This document shows positions 1-5,675 of a DNA stretch of 17,807 nucleotides, one piece after another. How positions within the stretch are numbered: the first letter of the stretch is position 1; each line of letters opens with the position of its first letter. Under the pieces are notes generated by a model. The model saw only the letters and a program-made list of their open reading frames with translations. It was not told the origin of the DNA and did not search any database. This stretch comes from Thermoplasmata archaeon (GTDB lineage: Archaea > Thermoplasmatota > Thermoplasmata > Lutacidiplasmatales > UBA184), in contig JAGWLG010000047.1 in NCBI GenBank assembly GCA_028864975.1, forward strand, positions 1 to 17,807, written 5' to 3'. The position numbers were made by a program, and so were the translations under genes.

Positions 1-2
1 CC

Positions 3-374
3 CCCGGGGTCTTCGACCAACCGCGGACCGCCTTCGCCGCGTGGTTCCTAGGGTACAACGTGGTGCCGGGCCCTTCCGGTCGGGAAGAGAGCCTGGCGGT
101 GCTCCCGGAGGACATACGGTTCACTCCTCCTGGCGAAGAGGGCTCGAGCGACGCCGTCGTGGAATCTCGGGGAGAGGCGGGAGTCCGAAGGAGGTACTTC
201 GTTCGTCTTCGACCCGCTCAGGGTGAGGGTGCGCTCTTGGAGGTCCTCGCTTCGCGAGAGGGGAGCCCCGACCCCCGTGTGGGGGACACCGTGGGCGTAC
301 ACTTCGAGCGCTTGCGGAGTGTCGAGGGGGGCGTTCCGCGCGGTGGCTTCAAGAGCCTCTCTGCGTCGGGGTAG
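3..374 (+). CDS. ABC transporter ATP-binding subunit, C-terminal fragment with TOBE-like domain (PotA/CysA/MalK-type); 5' truncated by the window edge
   Basis: Frame 3 is open from base 3: PGVFDQPRTAFAAWFLGYNVV matches the P-x-E-(IV)-(FY)-x-x-P-x-T-x-F-(VA)-A-x-F-(IL)-G-x-x-N motif that follows the ATPase core. It is followed by a beta-rich OB/TOBE-like segment (DAVVESRGEAGVRRRYFVRL...RVGDTVGVHF). Stop TAG at 372-374. Confidence 0.8.
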   Translation, partial: PGVFDQPRTAFAAWFLGYNVVPGPSGREESLAVLPEDIRFTPPGEEGSSDAVVESRGEAGVRRRYFVRLRPAQGEGALLEVLASREGSPDPRVGDTVGVHFERLRSVEGGVPRGGFKSLSASG

Positions 375-392
375 GAGGAGGGGAAGTCGAGC

Positions 393-779
393 GTGACCGC
401 CGAGAATACGCCCCCGGTGCTCCTCGTCGGAGGGCCGGACAGTGAACTCGCGCTCCTCAAGAGCTACCTCGTGCGGAACAACGTGTCCGTGCTTGCCTGC
501 GTCGGTCAACTTCAGGAGGCGCTTCCCCACTTGGCATCAAGACCGGACTGCACGCTCCTCCTCGTCCGACCCACGGACCCCGCACAGGCGGGGGGCTGGG
601 TCCAGGAACGACGGGGGCAGGGGTTCCAGGGAAGGGTCGGGGTCGTCGTCCGGCCCGAGGAGGTAAGGGCCTACATTGGCAAGGGTCGATGGAACGATTT
701 CGCGCTCAAGACCTCGGTTTCCGAGCCTGACCTCTTGGGCGCGGCACGCTCCGCCTCACGGCTCTCCGAACGGAGCTGA
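393..779 (+). CDS. Stand-alone CheY-like receiver-fold protein lacking the acidic pocket (pseudo-receiver)
   Basis: GTG start with GGAGGAGG upstream. The (beta/alpha)5 pattern is VLLVGG / [10 protein letters not shown] / VSVLAC / LQEALPHL / TLLLVR / RVGVVV / DFALK / [10 protein letters not shown]106 lies where the conserved receiver Lys is expected. Confidence 0.6.
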   Translation: MTAENTPPVLLVGGPDSELALLKSYLVRNNVSVLACVGQLQEALPHLASRPDCTLLLVRPTDPAQAGGWVQERRGQGFQGRVGVVVRPEEVRAYIGKGRWNDFALKTSVSEPDLLGAARSASRLSERS

Positions 780-914
780 GCTCCGGTCGCGCGGACCTGT
801 CGCGGCCCACCGACCTTCCCGGTGGGGACCCTGCCTGACGAAAGGTGATCCTTCGGTCCCAGAACCTTGGAGGAGCGTTCGCCGCCGTCCTCTGCCGACA
901 CAATCCGCCGGGCC

Positions 915-922
915 AAGCTTAT
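915..922 (+). promoter_or_regulatory. Putative BRE/TATA-like element AAGCTTAT for a near-leaderless ABC ATPase transcript
   Basis: AT-rich island in GC-rich DNA. TTAT starts 33 nt before ATG 952. A similar motif (AACCTTAT) occurs at 8625-8632. Confidence 0.4.
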
Positions 923-951
923 CCCTCCGCGGAATCCTCTCGGCGGGCAGG

Positions 952-1635
952 ATGCCCGAGCCGATCGTCGTCGAGGGGCGAAACGTCTGGAAGGTGTACG
1001 CGTCGGAGGCCGGGGAGGTCCCGGCGCTCAAGGGCATCGACGTCAGCATCGCCAAGGGGGAGATGGTCGCCGTCATGGGGCCGTCGGGCTGCGGGAAGAC
1101 GACCTTCCTGAACTGCTTCTCAGGGCTCGATGACATCTCCAAAGGCACGATCCGTATCGAAGGCCGCAACCTGAGGAACCTCTCGGATAATGCGCGGAGC
1201 GAATACCGTGCCCTTCGTATGGGGTTCGTCTTCCAGGCCTACAACCTCCTCCCCGTGCTCACGGCCCAGGAGAACGTCGAGCTCCCCCTTCTCGTCGCCG
1301 GCGTGGCGCCGAAGGAAGCTCGGAACCGCGCGCGCCTTTGGCTGAACGAACTGGGGCTCCAGGGGAGAGAGGAGCACCGTCCCAGCGCCCTCTCCGGGGG
1401 AGAGCAGCAACGGGTGACCTTGGCACGAGCTCTCGCGAACCGCCCCGCGATCGTCTGGGCCGACGAGCCTACCGGCAATCTGGACGAAGAGAACAGCACC
1501 GCCGTCATGGAGCTCTTGCGGGACTTGAACCGCCAGCACCACCAGACCTTCGTGGTCGTGACGCACGACCCTTCGGTGGCGGCGTCCTGCGACCGCACGA
1601 TGAGGATGCGGGATGGGAAGATCCTCGCCTCGTAG
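952..1635 (+). CDS. ABC transporter ATP-binding protein, LolD/MacB/FtsE family (227 aa)
   Basis: Walker [10 protein letters not shown]-loop region GFVFQAYNL, signature LSGGEQQRV, Walker B variant [13 protein letters not shown]-loop VVTHD. The true start is taken as ATG 952 ([16 protein letters not shown]); the extension from 676 is Arg/Pro-rich and not family-like. Confidence 0.95.
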   Translation: MPEPIVVEGRNVWKVYASEAGEVPALKGIDVSIAKGEMVAVMGPSGCGKTTFLNCFSGLDDISKGTIRIEGRNLRNLSDNARSEYRALRMGFVFQAYNLLPVLTAQENVELPLLVAGVAPKEARNRARLWLNELGLQGREEHRPSALSGGEQQRVTLARALANRPAIVWADEPTGNLDEENSTAVMELLRDLNRQHHQTFVVVTHDPSVAASCDRTMRMRDGKILAS

Positions 1636-1647
1636 GCGGGAGGCAAC

Positions 1648-4600
1648 GTGACCGGGGCGCGCGACCGCGAGGGGCCGGCGCTCCCCGACATGGCTTCCGA
1701 AGGGTCGAGACGCTCCCGTCTGGCGGCGCAGGTCCTCTGGACCGGGGTCGTCCTCGGCGTGTGCATCATCGCGATGAGCCTCTGGCTAGGCACCTCTCAA
1801 GGCGCCCAACAGGCCTCCGGGGGCCTCACGGCCCTCGGCTGGGGGGACCCCACAGTAGGGCTGTTGGTGCTCCTCGTGCTCATCGTCGCGCTCTCCTCCG
1901 TCGTCCTGGGCGTGAAAGACCGGGTCATCGCAAAGATCGGTCTGAGGAACGTCGCCCGGGCCCGCACTCGAACGGTGGTCCTGCTGTTCGGTCTCCTGAT
2001 CGGCAGTACGATCATCTCTTCGAGCCTGGTGATCGGGGACACGGTCGGCGCCCTCTCGGTGCATTTCACGTACATCTCGGACGGGGCGGTCGATGAGGCG
2101 GCGTACGCCCCCCCTCCCCCTCAAGGGCTGAGCGGCCCCGCGCTGTGGTATGGCCCCCTCCCCACGTCGGTCTTCGATAAGGCGAACGCCTCTGTGGGGA
2201 GGACACCGTACCTCCTCGGTCTCACCCCGATGATCCTGGGAACGGCCGGCGCCTACGACCTCACCGCCAACGTGGCTCAGCCCGGGCTCACCATGGTCGG
2301 CGTGGACCCTTGGGCAAGCAGGAACCTTGGGAGCTTCACCACGACGGGAGGTTCGTCGCTCGCCGGACCCTTGCCGGGGGAGGTCCTTCTGAATCCCACC
2401 TCGGCTTCCGAGCTCTCCGCCTCGGTAGGAGATCGGATCAGGCTGAGCGGGCCCTCGGCCAGTCCGATGAACTTCACGGTCCTCGGCATCGTCAAGGCGG
2501 ACACACGGGGCGGGTTCCAGGACGCGGGGTTGGGGGACGTGTTCGTCGCGCTCCAGGATGCCCAGAACCTCTCGGGGATCCCCGGCAGTTTCAACTATCT
2601 CGCGGCGACCAACACCGGTGGCCTCGTCGGAGGGACCTCTCACAGCGATGACGTCTCGAACAGCCTCAACTGCACCCTCGCGGCGGCCACGAACGGCGCG
2701 GGTTGCGTTCCCGGAATGGGGGTCTCGGTCAACAGGGTGCTCCAGCGGGACATCGTTTCGGCCCAGGCGAGCGCGCAATCCCTGACCCAGCTCTTCCTCG
2801 TGCTCGGGCTCTTCTCGATCGGCGCCGGGTGCGTCCTCATCGTCGGCATCTTCGCGATGCTCGCCGAGGAGCGCAGGGGCGAGATGGGGGTCGCAAGAGC
2901 CGTGGGAATGCGTCGGGGGCAGCTGATCCGCGCGTACTACTTCGAGGGGCTGGCATACTCCGCTGGGGCTGCCCTCCTCGGAACCCTTCTTGGGGTTGTG
3001 GTCGGGTGGGGGATCATCCAGCTCTTCGCCGCATCGATCGGCGGAGGGGGAGGGGCCGCCACGAACGCCATCGTGGAATCGTTCACGTTCACTCCTCAGA
3101 GCCTCGTCCTGGCCTATGCGGCGGGCTTCCTGTTGACCCTGGGGACGGTCACCCTGACGTCCGCCTACGTCAGTCGGATGAACATCGTTCGGGCCATCCG
3201 CAGCCAGCCGGAACTCGTGCACAAGACGCGCTCGCAGAGGGCCATGCTCGTGCTGGGCCTCGTGCTGGTCCTCGTAGGGGCGCTCCTCTACCTCGACGGT
3301 CACGCAGCGCAGACGGACATCAGTATCGGGTTCATGGGCGCGAGCATGCTCATTCTGGGTGGGGGGCTCATCGCCGCATTCCGGGTCCCCCTGAGGCGGG
3401 CCTTCTCCGCGAGCGCCGTCGGGCTCCTCTTCTTCTGGGCCGACCTCCCGCTCCGCAACGACCTCTTCCCTGGCACGCACTCGGGCACGATCTTGGTCTT
3501 TTTCCTGGAGGGGGTCTTCCTCATCCTCTCGGCCGTCATCCTCTACGTCTTCAACTCGGATGTGATCGTACGGGTGCTGACGGGGCTGTCCCGCAGCAGT
3601 TCCCGCAACCTGCCCGTGGTCCGGCTCGCCTTCTCGTATCCCGCCCACCGGAAGTTCCGGTCGGCGATGACCATCAGCATCTTCGCCATGGTCCTGTTCA
3701 CGATCACCGCCATCGCCGCGATCGGGAACGGGATCTCGTCGGGGGTCTCGACCAGCATCACCACTGAGTCCGGGGGCTACCAGTTCTACGGCTTCTCCGA
3801 GTCCCCGATCGCGAACATCACGAGCGAGGTCACGAACAACTCCACCTTGAACGCCGAGGTCTCCACCCTCGTCCCGTTCTACTCGGGACCCGGCATCCTG
3901 AGCGTTCAAGGATCGAGGAACAGCACCTTCGGCTACGGCCTAGCGGCCGCCCCCACGGGCGAACCGGGGCGGTTCGACTTCTACACGTCGAACCACTACA
4001 ATTTCACCTCCACCCTGGACGGCATGTCCGCGAGCCGGGTCTGGCAAGAGCTCTCCACTCCGAACACGAACGTCACCGTGGTGGACGGGAGCTTTGCCGG
4101 GGGGGCCTTCGGCAGCTTCGGGGGTGGCCCGGGCCACCCGGGGGCGTCTCCGGGCGACATCCTGGACGTGCAGCAGTGTCCCGGGTGTCCCACTTTCCAT
4201 CTCAAGGTCCTGGGCGTGCTCAACGAGCAGACCCTTCCGATCGTCCTGGTCAATCCCGAGCTGCTGGTCAACAAGTTCGGGTACGACTCGCAGTCGATCT
4301 TCCTCTTCTCGGGCGCACCCGGAGCCGCGCCCCGGGCGATCATCCAGACCCTGCAGACGCACTTCTTCCAGGAGGGGCTCCAGATCTACGACTTCGCCCA
4401 GATCCTCTCGACGACCCTGCAGTTCACCGACGCGTTCATCAATCTCCTAGAGGTCTTCGTCGCGCTCGGGCTCATCGTGGGGATCACCTCCCTGGGGATC
4501 CTCGCCCTGCGCGCGGTCGTGGAAAGGCGGACCCAGATCGGGGTCGTCCGCGCCGTGGGGTTCCGCCGATCGATGGTCCTCGCCTCCTTCCTGACCGAAT

Positions 4601-4827
4601 ATTCGTTCCTGGCCCTCATGGGCATCGGAATCGGGGCGGTCATGGGGCTCATCCTCGCCTACAACCTGAACCAGGCGGTCGGCGGGTTCTTCGCCTTCGC
4701 CGTGCCCTGGGAGAACCTCCTCACCATCCTGGGCACGAGCTACGCTCTGACGTTGGTGGCGACGGGGCTCCCGTCCTTCCGGGCGTCTCGGATCGCTCCC
4801 GCGGAGGCGATCCGCTACTCCGAGTAG
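1648..4827 (+). CDS. ABC transporter permease with duplicated MacB-periplasmic/FtsX modules (1059 aa)
   Basis: Two FtsX-type motifs: AEERRGEMGVARAVGMRRGQL and VVERRTQIGVVRAVGFRRSMV. C-terminal RASRIAPAEAIRYSE. Large extracytoplasmic loops carry about 10 N-x-S/T sequons. GGGAGG precedes GTG 1648 (alternative ATG 1690). The gene lies 12 nt after the ATPase stop. Confidence 0.92.
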   Translation: MTGARDREGPALPDMASEGSRRSRLAAQVLWTGVVLGVCIIAMSLWLGTSQGAQQASGGLTALGWGDPTVGLLVLLVLIVALSSVVLGVKDRVIAKIGLRNVARARTRTVVLLFGLLIGSTIISSSLVIGDTVGALSVHFTYISDGAVDEAAYAPPPPQGLSGPALWYGPLPTSVFDKANASVGRTPYLLGLTPMILGTAGAYDLTANVAQPGLTMVGVDPWASRNLGSFTTTGGSSLAGPLPGEVLLNPTSASELSASVGDRIRLSGPSASPMNFTVLGIVKADTRGGFQDAGLGDVFVALQDAQNLSGIPGSFNYLAATNTGGLVGGTSHSDDVSNSLNCTLAAATNGAGCVPGMGVSVNRVLQRDIVSAQASAQSLTQLFLVLGLFSIGAGCVLIVGIFAMLAEERRGEMGVARAVGMRRGQLIRAYYFEGLAYSAGAALLGTLLGVVVGWGIIQLFAASIGGGGGAATNAIVESFTFTPQSLVLAYAAGFLLTLGTVTLTSAYVSRMNIVRAIRSQPELVHKTRSQRAMLVLGLVLVLVGALLYLDGHAAQTDISIGFMGASMLILGGGLIAAFRVPLRRAFSASAVGLLFFWADLPLRNDLFPGTHSGTILVFFLEGVFLILSAVILYVFNSDVIVRVLTGLSRSSSRNLPVVRLAFSYPAHRKFRSAMTISIFAMVLFTITAIAAIGNGISSGVSTSITTESGGYQFYGFSESPIANITSEVTNNSTLNAEVSTLVPFYSGPGILSVQGSRNSTFGYGLAAAPTGEPGRFDFYTSNHYNFTSTLDGMSASRVWQELSTPNTNVTVVDGSFAGGAFGSFGGGPGHPGASPGDILDVQQCPGCPTFHLKVLGVLNEQTLPIVLVNPELLVNKFGYDSQSIFLFSGAPGAAPRAIIQTLQTHFFQEGLQIYDFAQILSTTLQFTDAFINLLEVFVALGLIVGITSLGILALRAVVERRTQIGVVRAVGFRRSMVLASFLTEYSFLALMGIGIGAVMGLILAYNLNQAVGGFFAFAVPWENLLTILGTSYALTLVATGLPSFRASRIAPAEAIRYSE

Positions 4828-4847
4828 GAGCGATCGACGCCGCTCCT
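4826..4847. terminator. Stem-loop between convergent genes (possible terminator or processing site)
   Basis: AGGAGCG-atcgacgc-CGCTCCT, a perfect 7-bp stem overlapping the permease stop. There is no U-tract, so its function is uncertain. Confidence 0.3.
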
Positions 4848-4894
4848 GGCGAGAACCCCTTGACGCCCGGCCCTTCAAGATGGAGGGCACCCCG

Positions 4895-5374
4895 CTACGC
4901 TTCTAGGACGGCAAGATACGTGAGCGTCCGATTCGCGACCGAGGCGATCGCACGGAGGCCCAGCGCCACATCCCCATCGTGGGTCGCGGACGGGCCTTCG
5001 AGAATGAGGGCGAACCCGCCGATGTGGTTGCCACGCAGGAGCAGCGCGGTCAGGCTGGGAGGGAGGCACATCGCTCCGAGGATAGCCCCGTAGTCCATAC
5101 CGGGAGCGAGAAGGTCTCCCATCCCTCTCGTGGCCGCTCGGACCACCGGCCCGAGCGGAGGAAGCTCCCAGACGAGGTCGCAACGTACATTCTTCACGAA
5201 TCCGGGGTCGACCAGGGCGGCCGTCACCGCTTCGGAGGTCCCGGCGAAGAGCACTTGTCGGCCCTCGCCCGCGAAGGCCGAAGCCACCCATGCACGTGCC
5301 GAGCTTGATGTGATCTCGGGATGGTCGATGCGCGGGGGAACGTGGGCGCTTTCCAGACGTGACGCGGCCGACAT
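4895..5374 (-). CDS. Hypothetical protein with a GAF-like C-terminal half; the 5' end is uncertain and may be frameshifted from ATG 5519
   Basis: Balanced, non-shadow composition. The C-terminus ALLLRGNHIGGFALILEGPSATHDGDVALGLRAIASVANRTL resembles the GAF pattern (PL-x-x-x-G-x-x-hG-x-h-x-h...D-x-x-LL-x-x-IA-x-x-A-x-x-AL). The resemblance is by eye only. Confidence 0.5.
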   Translation of the reverse strand: MSAASRLESAHVPPRIDHPEITSSSARAWVASAFAGEGRQVLFAGTSEAVTAALVDPGFVKNVRCDLVWELPPLGPVVRAATRGMGDLLAPGMDYGAILGAMCLPPSLTALLLRGNHIGGFALILEGPSATHDGDVALGLRAIASVANRTLTYLAVLEA

Positions 5375-5620
5375 CTTCCAGAACTTGTATGCATATCCGC
5401 ATCGACGGTAACAAGTCCAAAGTAACCCCCAGGTAATCCCCGCGAAGCATCGTCTCGGGAGAAGTTCGGGCTGCCCTCCGCACCTCGAACCACTCGGACC
5501 GATGCAACAGAACCTTCATGGCCCGGGCGTCCCCTCTTGGACCCAAGGTCGGGTCGGGGCGCGGTTGAGAGGGTGGGGAGCGACCCCCCTCTCGACCGGG
5601 TTTCGGCTCCGTCCATCGTT

Positions 5621-5632
5621 CCTTAAGTAAGG
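5621..5632. promoter_or_regulatory. AT-rich palindrome CCTTA-AG-TAAGG in the divergent intergenic region (bidirectional TATA or operator candidate)
   Basis: Perfect 5-2-5 inverted repeat containing TTAA. It lies between the divergent starts at 5519/5374 (-) and 5676 (+). Confidence 0.35.
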
Positions 5633-5675
5633 CCACTTTACGGTCCACCAACCGCCTCTCACGCTCCAGAGCACC

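Noticed and set aside
835-857. CTGACGA followed by a hairpin, resembling a hammerhead ribozyme core (CUGANGA-stem II)
   Set aside because: The required GAAA after stem II is missing (it reads CGGT), and no stems I/III or NUH cleavage site can be built.
676-951. 92-codon N-terminal extension of the ABC ATPase in the ORF track
   Set aside because: It is Arg/Pro-rich, overlaps the 393-779 gene and spans the putative promoter. The family-typical start is ATG 952.
1786-3909. 707-aa minus-strand ORF, and similar long ORFs (2703-3767, 6423-7931, 9636-11300, 9967-11019, 14766-16505, 15959-16936)
   Set aside because: These are antisense or off-frame shadows of well-supported genes, expected in high-GC DNA. 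They have biased R/G/P/D/H composition and no recognisable motifs.
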